A stretch of DNA of 64,000 nt, taken from NCBI GenBank assembly GCA_004431415.1, contig QPMI01000612.1:93917-157916 (forward strand), in the 5' to 3' direction. Shown in pieces: positions 45,906 through 58,200 of this stretch. Both the position numbers and the translations under genes were made by a program. Position 1 is the stretch's first letter, and every line of letters begins with the position of its first letter. The DNA is from Cyanophora paradoxa CCMP329. Taxonomy: Eukaryota; Plantae; Glaucophyta. The notes under the pieces were generated by a model, which was not told where the DNA came from, made no database searches, and saw only the letters and a program-made list of their open reading frames with translations.

Positions 45906-46215
45906 AGCGCTCTCGGCCGCCTAGTGCACCGGCGCACGCTGCCCGTGGCCCGCTTGCGCGCTGGCGCTGCGGCAGCGCTGCGGCAGCGCCTTTCGGTAAG
46001 GACAGCACCCGCAGAACGCTCTCCCGCAGCTCTGTTCCGCAATCCGGAGGGCGGTTGAAATGATGGGGGTACAAGACCCAATTGGCCCTTCCTGCCGGTG
46101 CGGTGCCCCTGCGCATGCATGGCCGCCGGCCGCGATTTGCAATCGCGTGTGAACCTTTCCAACAAGAATTCTGTTCGCGCGCACTCAAAATTCTGAACTA
46201 CACATGGTGGCGCCC

Positions 46216-49200
46216 TCAGTCGAAGTCGGCAAGCGCTAGGGCGACACCGGCGAGCGTCCACGCCGTGCGGTCGCCGGGCGCTTCCAGGGGGAGCTCGGTA
46301 AGCAGCCGCGCGCGGTCCGTGGCAAAGTATACGGGGACCGCCACAGCCCGCGCGGCGCTCGCCTCCGCCTCCTCCCGCGGAAGCCAGCCGAGGGTGCACC
46401 CCGGCGCTGCAAAGACGGCCGGGGCGTCCGCGGCGACCTGAGGGCGGGATGAGGCGGTGCGGCCGAGGGGTAGGGCGGGGCGGGGCGAGCCTCGGAGAGG
46501 CGGCCGCCGTCGACGTTGGCGCCCTGGATGAGGAGGCCGGCGACCTGCACAGGAATAGCAGCCCGCAGGGCGGCCCCGTCGCCCCAGGCTGCGGCGAGCC
46601 CCAGTGCGTCCATTGGCCGCTTGACTGTGTGTGAACGCGGGGGGGTGAGTGACTGGTCGAGGGACCGGGGGGTTGGGGACGGACGGGCGCGGGCGGTCTG
46701 CTGGCGAAGGGCGTTGAGGAAGGTGTCGGGGTGGAAGAGGTCAGCGAGGTTGAGGCGCTGCTTGAGGAGGGAGCCCTGCTTGGCGCTCTCCCGCCACTGG
46801 GCGCACGCGGTCGCGCGGTGCACGAGCTCGCGGAGCCAGGCCTGCGGGGCCGACGGCCCGTCGTCCCAGCGCTCCGACCAGCGGGCGGGGAGGGCGCCCG
46901 CAAGGAGAGCGGCTGCGTCTCGGTGGATGGCGGGGGTCAGGAGGGCGGCGCCCTTGATGACGCGGGCGATGGCGGCGAGGCTGGCGTCGACGGCCGCGAC
47001 GCTCTCGTGGCCAAAGGCCGCCTCCATGTACGCGAAGGTGTCCACGGGGGAGAGCCCAGGGGACGCTGCGGGGGGCGCGTCCTTCAGGAGGGTGGTGGCC
47101 CCCGTAAGCTTCTGCCAGAGGGCGAGGATGGGGTTCAGCTGGCGGGCCCAGAGGTCGCGGTCGAACTTGGCGTTGAGGGCGGCGGAGAGGGAGAGGCCCT
47201 TGAGGGAGGCGAGGACGGCGGCAGAGGCGGTGCGCTGCACGACGCGCTCCGTGTTGGCGGGGAGGCCGAAGAGAGCAGGGCTCTCCGCCTCGGAGAGCGC
47301 CGAGATGATGGAGTGGTAGTCCATCGGGTTGGGCGAGGCGGGGACGGCTAGGTTGGCGTAGAGCTTCTGGGCGCCCTTGAGGGTCTCGGGCGAGAAGTAC
47401 TTCGTGAGGTAGGCGGTGAGGACGCGGGTGTCGTAGGGGTTGTCGACGCGCCCGCCGTACAGCGCGTGCAGGAGGAGGCCGTGGATGGCGGGCCAGGGGA
47501 GGCGCCCGGCGTCCTTGGCCTGCGTGGCCGCCTGGTCGAGGATGTCGGCGGCCGAGCGGAGGTCAGCAAAGGAGAACTCGTAGAAGGTGGACCAGCCCTG
47601 CGGGATGTACGTGCGCCGCTCCTGCACCAGCGCGTGGAACCACGCCAGCACGAAAGTCAACTGCGCCCGCAGCGCCGACGAGAACGGCTTCATCGTCGAG
47701 TGTTCGCCCGTCGGGACCAGAGCCTCGAACGAACGCTGCAGGTTCCGCTTCACGCCGGGCGGCGCCTCGAAGGTGATCTTCAGGGAGCGCTCCAGAAGAA
47801 TAGCGGGGAACTTGGTGTGCGGCTCCGACGTGAGCCAGAGGCGGAACTGCGCGTGCGGCTGCACCGTCTTCAGCGTCTTCTCGAGGGTCCCGATCCAGCC
47901 CGTGACGAGGTGCAGGTTCTTAAGGCAGAGCCAGTAGCCGTTCTCGGCCGCCTCCCGCACCAGGGCGAGGGCCGTCTCCGCCTGGCCCTGGCCCATGGCG
48001 AGCTGCCGGTACCGGTCGGGCCCCACGACGCGCCCGGCGATCTCCTCCAGTTCCTGCGACGGGTCCGCGCCGGGCGTCGTGATGAGCAGGATAGGCTCGT
48101 CGCCCGCCGTCTCCTCCTCGAAGACCTGGCCCAGGTTCACGACGCCCGTGCCCAGGCTCTCCACGCCCAGCGCCTCGCAGACGAACTTGCGCACTGGACG
48201 GGGGCGTCAAGGGGGGAGCAGAGTCGCGTTTGAAGGGGAGATGAGCGGGCGCACTGGCGCTCTGGAGGCGGTCGGGGCGCAGCGCCTGAACGACGAGGAG
48301 CTGCTGGAAGGGCCTGCCGCGAGAAGCGTGAGGCGGCGAGGCGAGAGGTGACCCAGCTAGGTGGGACTGCACGTGAGGGACTTGGCGGCCTTGGCGGGGA
48401 ACTCGCTCTCGCAGGCGGGGGACTTAGCCCAGCGCTGCCAGTCCGCCTCGTTGAAGCCGCAGCCGCGCACGAGGTTCCCGAACGTCGACTCGAGGAGCGC
48501 GTACGCCCCCGCGCGGTCGCGCGTCGCCCACGCGGGGAAGGAGCGCGCGCCGGCCTCGCCGACGTCTGCCACGACGATCTGGCCCGTGAAGAGCTCCCAC
48601 TCCTGCGGCGCAAACTTGTCCACGAAGAGCCCGTGGCAGATGTGCAGCGCGAAGGTCAACCGGTCCGCCTTGAAGAGCGAGCGACACACGTAGCTGCCGG
48701 GCGCGCCTCAGGTGCGCGCCAAGGCGCGACACGGGCGGCGCGGGCGGAGACGCACTTGACGACGTTGACGATGAGGTGCTTCTGGAGGAAGGCGATGCGG
48801 CGGCCGGTGTCCTTCTCGGCGGAGCCCTCATCCTTCAGGAGCTGGAGGGCCTTGCGGAAGAGGCGGAGGAAGGTCGCGAGGGCGAAGCGGTACATCGTGT
48901 TCACGCGCGCGATGTCCTTCATCAGGAAGTACACCGTCGCGCCGACGCTCGCGATCTTGCGGTACACGTTTCGCTTCTTGTCGATCTCCGCCTGCAGCTT
49001 CTGCGACTCGACGAGCGCGTGCTGGATGACGATCGCCTTCTGCTTCGTCGTCTCCAGCGACGTGATCAGCGCCTCGTTCTCCAGGATCTGGGGCACGCTC
49101 AGTCAGAGGACATAACGCAGGGTAGGCCTGGAGGAGGCCGCACGTTGCCCTGCGATGATGCCAGCTCGTCGAGGAGGAGCTTCTCGAGCTTTGTCGTCTC

Positions 49201-52200
49201 GACTTTGGCGTCCTCTTCCTCCTGCAGCAGCCGGTGCTTCTCCTCCTCGAGCTTCGCGTCCTCGTACTGCAGCGTCAAGGAGAGCAGCTGGCCCTCCAGT
49301 CCGGGCTTCGTCACCAAGAAGTTGATCTGCGCTCAGGAAGGCATGAGGGAAACATAAAAGCGAGCCGACGGGCGAAGGGGTCGCGCCTCGTTGACGAGCG
49401 AAATGGCGTCCGGGGGCAGGTCAGGGTGCGGGTTGCGCGTCGCCAGGAAGATGCGGAACTTCTCGTTGTAGTCCACCAACTTGTCCCCGATCTGGCGGGC
49501 GGGCGCGGTCAATCGTTTCTATCGCTGCGGACGGAACCGGCGTGGCCGGCACGGGGATGGGGCGGGGCGGGGCGCGGGGTGGACCTGGACGGAGCTGCGG
49601 AGGCCGTCGCGGGCGAGGTCGCGGCGGAGGATCGGGTAGAGCATCGGCTCGACGCGGTCGACCTCCGTGATGAGCAGCGTCTTGCCGAAGCGCACGGCCA
49701 TCTCCACCGTCGTCGCGAACTTGGCCTCGCCCGAGACCAGCACCTCCACAGGCCGCTCCTGCCGCTGCGCGCGGGACGTCGGCAGGGCCGCTACGTCACG
49801 TTTCAGGGTCGAGCGCTGGGCACCTCGAGGTACTTGCGGAGCCACTCGATAGCCTGCGTGGACGGGTCTACAATGAAGGGGACCTGCTTGCTCGCCTCGA
49901 TACAGATGGCGTTTTCCATGCTAAGCTCGTCTGCGGGGAGGCCCTCCTTCTTCCACACCAGCATCTGCGACTCGCTCGACATGAAGCCCTGCGGAGCGTC
50001 GCCCGCAAAGTCAGAAGAGGAAGAAGAATCACGCGCGCGCCTCGGGGGCAGGCGCCCCGGGCGGACCTTGAAGGTGAAGCTCTCGAGCTCGACGCGGCGG
50101 CACCACTCTTTGATGGCCTTTTCGCGCACGTCCTCCGGCGTCGCCGCCAGGTACGTCACGAAGCCCTGCGGCCGGGCCGCGATTAGCGGCGGCGGGGGAA
50201 GGGCTGGCGCGGGGTTTGGGGGCACGGGGCGCACGGAGGCGAGGAGGGCGTTGCGGGGGATCTGCTTGAGCTGCTCGTCGAGGTCGCGGCTCTGCTGCTC
50301 CCAGCGGGTCTTCTCCCCGCCGAGCTTGCCGAAGAGGGCCTGGGCGGCCTCCAGGGTCTTCGTCTCCTTCTCGACCTTGATCTTGAGCGTCTCCGCCTCG
50401 CCCGTCTTCCGCGAGAAGTCGTCCTTAAGCTCCCCGATCTGCGCGGGGGTGAGGACGGGGAGCGGCGCCCGGGGCCCGGGCCCTGTCGTACCTGCTTGTC
50501 GAGGACGGAGAGGGCCTGCTCGCACTTCTGGACGCGGTCGCGGGCCGCCTGCTGGGAGGCGACGAGGCTCTGGAGCTCCTGCTCGAGGGGCCCAATCTTC
50601 TCCAGCACCTCCGAGTAGCGGATGTTCGCGACGGTCCACTCGGCGAGCGGGCCGGCCGCAACGGAGACGCGGTAGATCGAGGCCCTCTCAAAGGATGCCG
50701 GCCGCTCGGCAATGAGGCTCTTGACGTCGCGGCGGATCTGGGGCGTCACGTTGCGCGCATCGAAGTTGAGGATCTCCTCCTTGACCTGCCGGTTGCCGAG
50801 GAAGCGCTTCATCGAGGTCCAGCTCGTGTCGTAGATGCCCATGAGCCGCAGCACGCCCTCGAGGACGTCGCGGATCGGCTCCGGCGGCGCCTTCAGCGAG
50901 CGAATCTCCGTCAGGTTGTCGTTCCGGATCTGGCCGACGGCATCCTTGGCGGCGTCCAGGAGCGGCTGGCACTCGGCGAGCTCAGCATCGACCTGCCCGC
51001 GCCGCTGCTTGAGCTTCTGCTCCTCGACGGCGAGCTTCTGCGAGAGCGTCTCGACCTCCGTCTTGCGCTCCGAGGCCGTCTTCATGGCGACGGTGATCTT
51101 CTGGAGCGCCTCGTCGGCCGCCTTTTGCTTCTCCGAGAGCTTTTTGCGGTTCACCTCCGCCTCCCGCGAAAGCTCCTCGACCTTCTTCGCCGCCTCCGTG
51201 AGCTTCGAGAGGCCTGACGCGAGGTGCTTCTTCTGCTCCTCGTGAGCCTCGCGCTTCGCCCGGACGAGGTCCCGGTACGTTTCCATGAATGCGATGTACT
51301 GCCGGGGCGTCGCGCCCGAGGCGCCCCTGGCCCACTGGTGGATCGAGATCATCTGCTGCACGAGCCGCTCCCGCTCCGCGTCGTTGGGGGCCATAACCGA
51401 GAAGAGGTCGGCGAGGTAGAGTCGTGTGATCTGCTTGAAGCCCTCCCCGCTCCAGTTGTCGAGCCACTGGATTGAGCAGCGCGTGTAGAGCGCCGGGTTG
51501 CTCTCGCAGTTGACGACGAAGGATGGGTTCGTCGGGTCCATGCTGATCACGACGTGGAGGTTGCGCTGCACGCGCGACGCGAAGAAGTTGAAGAGGGTCT
51601 TGTGCCGGAAGCCTTGCTCGCGCATGAGCTCGCGGAGGGACTGCAGGTGCGGCTCCAGCTCCTCGGGCGTGAAGAGGCCCGGGACCTCGCCGCCCGAGAG
51701 GAGACTGTTGAGGAGCTCGAGGAAAGTCGGCTCGTGGAGCTGGTGGTCCTCGATATAGAAAAGCATCGGCTCGCCCTTGACGCCCGTCTGCAGCATGGCG
51801 TTCTTGAGGTCCTGCTGGAAGGCCTTCACGCCATACTCCTTCGTGACGCAGGGCGAGAAGAACTGCATGCGGAGCATGTGCGCGACCAGGATGGCGCCCG
51901 TGCGACGCCCGACGCCGTTGCGGCCGGCGAGGAGAAGCGACCCGCCGGGGCTCGAGAGGACGCGGTCGAAGCGGGCCAGGTGGTCCAGCACCTCGGGGAA
52001 GAGGATGATGCCGAGCTCCTTCTGCGAGCGCTCGTACATCGTGAGGCCCTGCTGCACGACCTCCGTGAGGTCCTTCCGCGCTATTCGCAGGAGGCCCGGC
52101 TGCCCCGGCGTCGCCAGCGTGCTGTAGAAGGCGTCGCCGGCGCCGTCGCCAGGGACGCGCCAGTCGCGGCGGAGGACGCCTGCGATGAGGCCGTTCCAGC

Positions 52201-55200
52201 GCTTGCACGAGTCTTCGTCGACAAGGCGGTCCCGGAAGATGCGCTCCGCCTCGTAGCGCCAGACGTCGAGCAGGTCCTGCGACGCTAGGTCGTACCGCTG
52301 CAGGCCCAGTGTCCACGCCGTCAGCTCGCGCGGCGTGTACAGGTAGTGCCGTCGCTCGTCCACCGAGAACGATTGCTGCACACGCGTAAGGCGAAGCCCC
52401 CGATGGGGTGGGAGGAGGGCAGGAAGAGGGTTAAGCGCACCCGCGTCTGCTCATAGACGTCGGCCATGGAGGCGGCGAGCTTGCGGATGGCATCGTCACT
52501 CTTGAAGATGGGGTGGGCGGTGAGGGCCGGCCCGACGACGGCGCGCAGGGCGGCCGAGTAGACGGTCTGGAGCTGCTCGGCGTCGGGGTAGGACATGTAG
52601 GCGATGCGGACGGCGGCGGTGAAGCGGGTGGAGAGGGGGTGGCGTCCAACGGTCGTCGCGGGGTTCATCGAGGCGACGATCTGGATGCGCTCGAGGCCGA
52701 GCCACTCGAGATTCTTGTCGAAGAAGCCCTTGTAGGTGATGAGCTGGTGGAGGAAGGCGACGAGCTGCATCGTCTCGTACTTGTCCGGCTTCGGCAGGTT
52801 GATGTCCTTCAGGTAGACGATGAGGCGCTCAGCGTCGCGCGGGCGGTACACGCGCCCGCTGCTCGACGAGAAGACGCCGGCCACCTGGTTGAGCTTCTGG
52901 ATGACGTGGTACGCGTTCGTCTGTGCCGAGCAGTGGATGGTGGCGACCTGGCAAGAGCGGAAGTCGGCGAAGACGGAGTTGAGGAGGAGGTTCTTGCCGC
53001 AGCCCTCGGGCCCGACGAGCAGCACGGGTTCCGCTGCGTCGATCCAGGTGCGGAGCATGTCGCGCGTCCGCTGCATGTCGATGGTGGGGACGAGCGGCAG
53101 CGCGCCCGTCGCCTTGATGTCTTCCGCCGACAAGTTCGCAGCCTCGAACTGATAGAGGCGGGTGACGCCCAGCTCCCCGTCGAAGGTCGCGTCCAGCGGG
53201 CGGCGCTGGTCCAGCATCCGCTCCCCCGTCAGCTCGTAGACGTAGCGGGCCAGGTTAACGCGCGCCTCGGGCTCCATGTTCGCCCCGAAACCGCGGATAA
53301 GGGCGACGGCGAAGGCGGGCTTGGTTTTCACGCCGCGCAGATGCGCGAGGACGTTGTCGACGATGCCAACGCGCGTCGTGTCGACGACAATCGCCTTGGA
53401 CTGCCGCACGTGGTCGAGGGCCTTGTAGAAGGCCGTGTCCATCCACGTCTGCAGGTCGGACTGCAGCTCCGCCGGCTGCTTCGCGATCCACGACTTGACG
53501 AGCATCTGGGTCTCCAGGTTCTCCTCCGACAGGAAGATCATGCCTGCCGGCGACCGGGTTTCGGAGGGCGCAGCGCGGCTTACGCTGGAGGGGGCTGGGG
53601 CGCACCCATGCGCGAGACGGTGGCCGGCGAGGCGAACTTGAGCGAGTGCGTCTCGAAGATGAAGTTCACGTTCGGGCCGAACTGGATGCGCTCGCCGGAG
53701 GGCATCGTCAGCAAGCGGTTGTCGTCGAGCACCGAGTTGAGCGACTCAATCCACTCCGGGTCGATGTCGCCGTCTGCCACAATCCACGTATGCGTCCCCT
53801 CCGGCTCCGCGATGACCTGCGGTGCGAGGAGTCGGCGCGGTGCAGGGACGGACAGAGGAAGGCGGGCGCAGGGGCCCCGAGAACCTGGCGGGCGGCGCGG
53901 GTAAGCACGCCGTCGAACCACTCGCGGGTGTCGTTGTCCATGCGGCCGAGGAGCTGCGTGCGATCCATCGCCTTCGGGTTGAACTGGTGCACGACGAGGC
54001 GCTGCCCGAGGCGGCGCATGGCCTCGCAGACGGCGTCCCAGAGGGTCGACTTGCCGCAGCCCGAGGGCCCCACGATGACAACACCCATGCGCTGCTTCGT
54101 CGCCTCGTAGAACTGGAGCATCTTCTTGACCTGGCCCTCGTAGACCTGCAGCTTCTGCTCCCCCAGGTAGTCCTTCATCGCCTTCTCGAGATCCGTGTAC
54201 GCGATGTCGGCAACCTGGGCGCCCGGGAAGATGTCCGCGATAAGCGCGTTGAAGCGGTGCGAGTCGGCGAAGGTTAGCTTGGAGAGGGTGTTGACGCGGA
54301 GCGACTTGATGACGAGCTCCGCTTCCACCTCGGCATTAACGGCCCGCTCGCCCTTCTTCTTCTCGGCCTGGATGAGCTGCCCGGCAAGCTGGAGGACCGT
54401 CTTGAGGGAACGGAGGCCCCAGTCGTAGTGCTGCTGCTGGGAGAGGAGCTGCTTGGCGACCTGGAAGACGGAGACGATCTTGCGGGCTAGGTCCTTGGCG
54501 TGTGTGAAGCCCTCCGAGTACAGGATGACCTCCGCGATGAGGTCATTGTCGGGCGCGGACATGGCGACGGCGCGGAAGAGCTGCTTCAGGTTGTCCGGCA
54601 GCTTCGAGCGGCCGAGGTACCCCTTGCCGGCGGGGTTGAGCGTCACGAAAATGCCGGCGTTCGGGTTCACAGAGATGTCCTTCTCGAGCAGGTTGAGGGT
54701 CGGGGCGCGGTTCTTGAGGGCCGTCTGGATGATCTGGATCTGCTGGGAGACGGCCGAGAGCACGTCCTCCTCCAGACGGTTGAACTCGTCGAAGCAGCCC
54801 CATGCGCCGCACTTGACGAGCCCCGTGAAGATGCGGCCCATGCTCTTGAAGTCGATGCCCTCGTCACAGTTGAAGACGAGGCACTGGCGGCCCAGCGCCT
54901 GTGCCAGGGCCTTCACCGACTCCGTCTTGCCCGTGCCGGCCGGCCCGTAGGGGTTGCCACCGTATCCATGCCGGATGCCTTGCGTGAGGGTGAGGTAGCA
55001 CTTGTCCGTCAGGGGCGTGTGCACAAGCTTCGGCGCGTTGCCCTGGTATTCAAATGTGTACAGGATGTCTGCCTGCGCGGCCTGCGTCAGCGCGGGGTGC
55101 GAGGCCGCGAAAAAGGGAGTAACGCACGTCGACCATGCGGGCGCGCACTTCGCCGCCGGTGCTGTAGTAGCGCAGCCTGCGGTGCAGATGAGACCAGTGG

Positions 55201-58200
55201 CGGGTTGCGCGGCGCAGAAGAGGGCGCACTGCTTCTGCCAGACCCAGTCGGAGGTGGTGCTGCAGGCGGCCCGCTTGACCTGCTCCGCCACGTCGATGTT
55301 GTGGATAAGGTCCATCACCAGCGCTAACGTGGAACGAAGCGGTAAGCCACGACGATGGCAACTGCGGCGGCCGGCGGAAAAAGGACGTCAGGAGCAGCGG
55401 CGCACCCTTGACCTTGAGATCAAGGACGTTGTTGGAGTCGTCCTTCAGCGCCTCGCGGGTCTTTGGGGAGGTGTAGTACGCGAGCTTCTGGCGCAGAGAG
55501 TCGATGAGCGCCGAGATGGTCCCCGACGTGATGGCCTCCTCGCAGCGGGCCGTGAAGTGGATCATCTCCGCCAGGCAGAGGACCTGCGATGGGTACTTGA
55601 CGATGTCCTCCTCCCGCAGGGCACTCTCGAGAAGCCGCTTGAGCGTGTGCTGCATGCGCTCGGCGAGCTGGCCCAGGAACTCCTCGACGCGCTCCGTGAT
55701 GAGGACGGGCTTGTCGAGCTTGACGACCTCGCCCTCAAGAGAGCGCATGGCCACGATCTCCTTGGCGCCCTCCGAGAAGACGACGGTGTGGATGCCCGCG
55801 AACAGCTTCTTGAGGTGCGACTGGATGACCTCGGGGTCGTGTGCGCGCCCCAGGATCTGCAGCAGGTCCTCGTCTCCGATGAAGTAGAAGCGGGGGAAGG
55901 CGGAGCGCTTCTCCTCCAGGAAATCGTTGAGAGCCTTCTTGACGAGGTCGAGCTGGCGCACCATCTCGGGGAGCTGCTGCTGCAGGCCCGCCATGCCCGT
56001 CACCAGCGACATCACACGGTCGTCGTCCTTGACGAACTGCATCGCGGCACGGAACTCGCTGTCGACCTGCTTGAAACGCGCCGGGTCGGGCAGCACGCCG
56101 CGCATGAAGAAGGGCTCCAGATAAAGCCACTTGCGCTGGACCTGCGCGAGGTTTGACAGGATGCTGTCCAGAGCGCCCAGCTTCTCCTCCCAGCCCTTGG
56201 ACTCCTCCTTGAAGAGGTGGTAGTAGGTCTCAGACTGGAGGGAGAGGAGGAGCTGCTGCTTGTCGCCAACCTTGGTCTGCACGTCCTGCCACTCCTTGAT
56301 GAGCGTCGTCGTGCGCCCGTGCTCCGTGTGCGTGAAGAGCTCGAAGGTCGTGTCGGCGCCCCAGGCGCGCAGCTCATCCATCGCCTTGCGGATGCGCGTT
56401 TCGCCCTCGGCGCGCGAGTGCAGCTCCTTCAGGTCGTTCGCCTTCGCAACGATCGCGTCGGCCACGCCAAGGAGCATCTCCAGCGTGAGGTCGTCCAACC
56501 GTAGCTTGGCGATGCCGATGATCTTCCCGAGGGTCCCCCAGTGGTCCCCCGTGAAGGCATCGCCCCGCACGAAGCGAAGCAGCGGGTAGGCCTTCCGGTA
56601 CGAGTCGATCTGGGCGCGGATGGTGAGGAGCACGGGGTCCGACTGCTTCTGCTTGAGGTTCTCAGTCCACTTGGTGATGAGGTCCTCCAGCTCGTAGGTA
56701 CGCGTGCGGAACTCGACCCACTTCTGGCAGGCGAGGGCGTCGAGGTCCTTGGACCACTTGTCGTACTCCTCCCAGCTCGCAAGCGTCTTGGCGAAGTCGT
56801 TTTCGAGCTCGCCGATCTGGGCGAAGTTGGGCGGCTGCGCGTCGAAGCTCTGCGCGTCCGTCGCCAGCGTCTTGGCCGTCTTCGCGAGCTCGTCGAACTC
56901 GGTCTTCATCTCGCGCAGGCGCGCCAGGCGGTTCTTGCACGCCTCGCGGCTCTGCATGTTGACGTTCTCCTTCTTGACCTCCGTCCATCGCGAGGCGAAG
57001 CCGCCGACGACCTTTGCATGGTCGCCGATGCGCTTGTCGACCTCGCCGCGGAGGCGGTCCCGCTGGTCCTGCATCATGCTGTCGAACGCCTCGATGAAGT
57101 CGTTCAGCTTCTCCCAGCGCTGGTGCAGCGGCATCACGTCGATCCCGGCGCCCGTTGAGCTCTTCAGCATCTTGTTCCGGTCCTCCATCTTGCGCTTCGT
57201 TTCCACCATCGCCGGCTGCGGGAGGCATTCAGAGCGCGCGGGGGTGATCCGCCAGATTCTGCGCCCTCGCACACCCGCTCCTTCATGAAGGCATCGAACT
57301 TGGCGCGGGCGGCGCTGATCTCTTCCACACTCTGCGGCCTGGTGTTCATGGCCGACATTGCGCCGTCCACGAAGGCCTCGAGCTCGGTGAGGTTCTTCTG
57401 GACCGTCTTCCGCAGGTGGTTCGTGAGCGAGTCGGTGACGCGCTTGAAGATCGACTCGATGTCGCGCTTCAGCGGCAGCACGTTCACCCGGATGCAGTCC
57501 ACCTGCGAAGGGCGCGTCCAGCGGTCGGCCGGGGCGCCGGGCCGCGCGCGGTGGGACGGGAAGCCTCAGGAGGTGTGCACCTCGAACTGGTTGGGCAGCT
57601 TCTCGAGCTCCTTGAGCTTCTGCTTGATCATCTTGAAGTTAGCGTCGAACTCGGAGACCTCGACGACGTTCTGCTCCACGAACTCGTCCGCCTCGATGGC
57701 ACCCAGCACCACCCAGTCCTGCATGCTGTGCTGCACCTGCACGGGGCGTCAGGCGGAGCGCCGCGTCCCTCGCGGGAGGCGCGCGCCTGGAGGAGACGGT
57801 TGAAAAGAGCGTCGGCCTTCATGTAGACGGTCTGGAGGCCAGCGGCGTTGCGGTCGATCATCTCCTTGAAAAAGTCGGAGCGGGTGGCGATGTTGATGCC
57901 CTGGAAGGTGAGCGGCCGCGAGAGGAACGTCTTCAGCTCCTTGAAGTAGTTGTTGCGGACCTCCTCGTACGGAGGCGAGAACTGCAGGCGCCCGCCTGCG
58001 AAGACGAGGTCGATGTCGATGACGGGGAGGTTTTCGTTGAGAGTCTCGAGGCCCATCTGGTACTGGTGTTCCAGCGCCTTGTACAGCTGGTAGTCCCAGT
58101 GCACCTGCCACGCGATCATGCCCTCCTTCTTGTACCTGCAAGCCTCCCCGTAAGCCGCGGTCGGCTAGGAGGTAGGGAACAAGAGGATGGCCCACCCCTG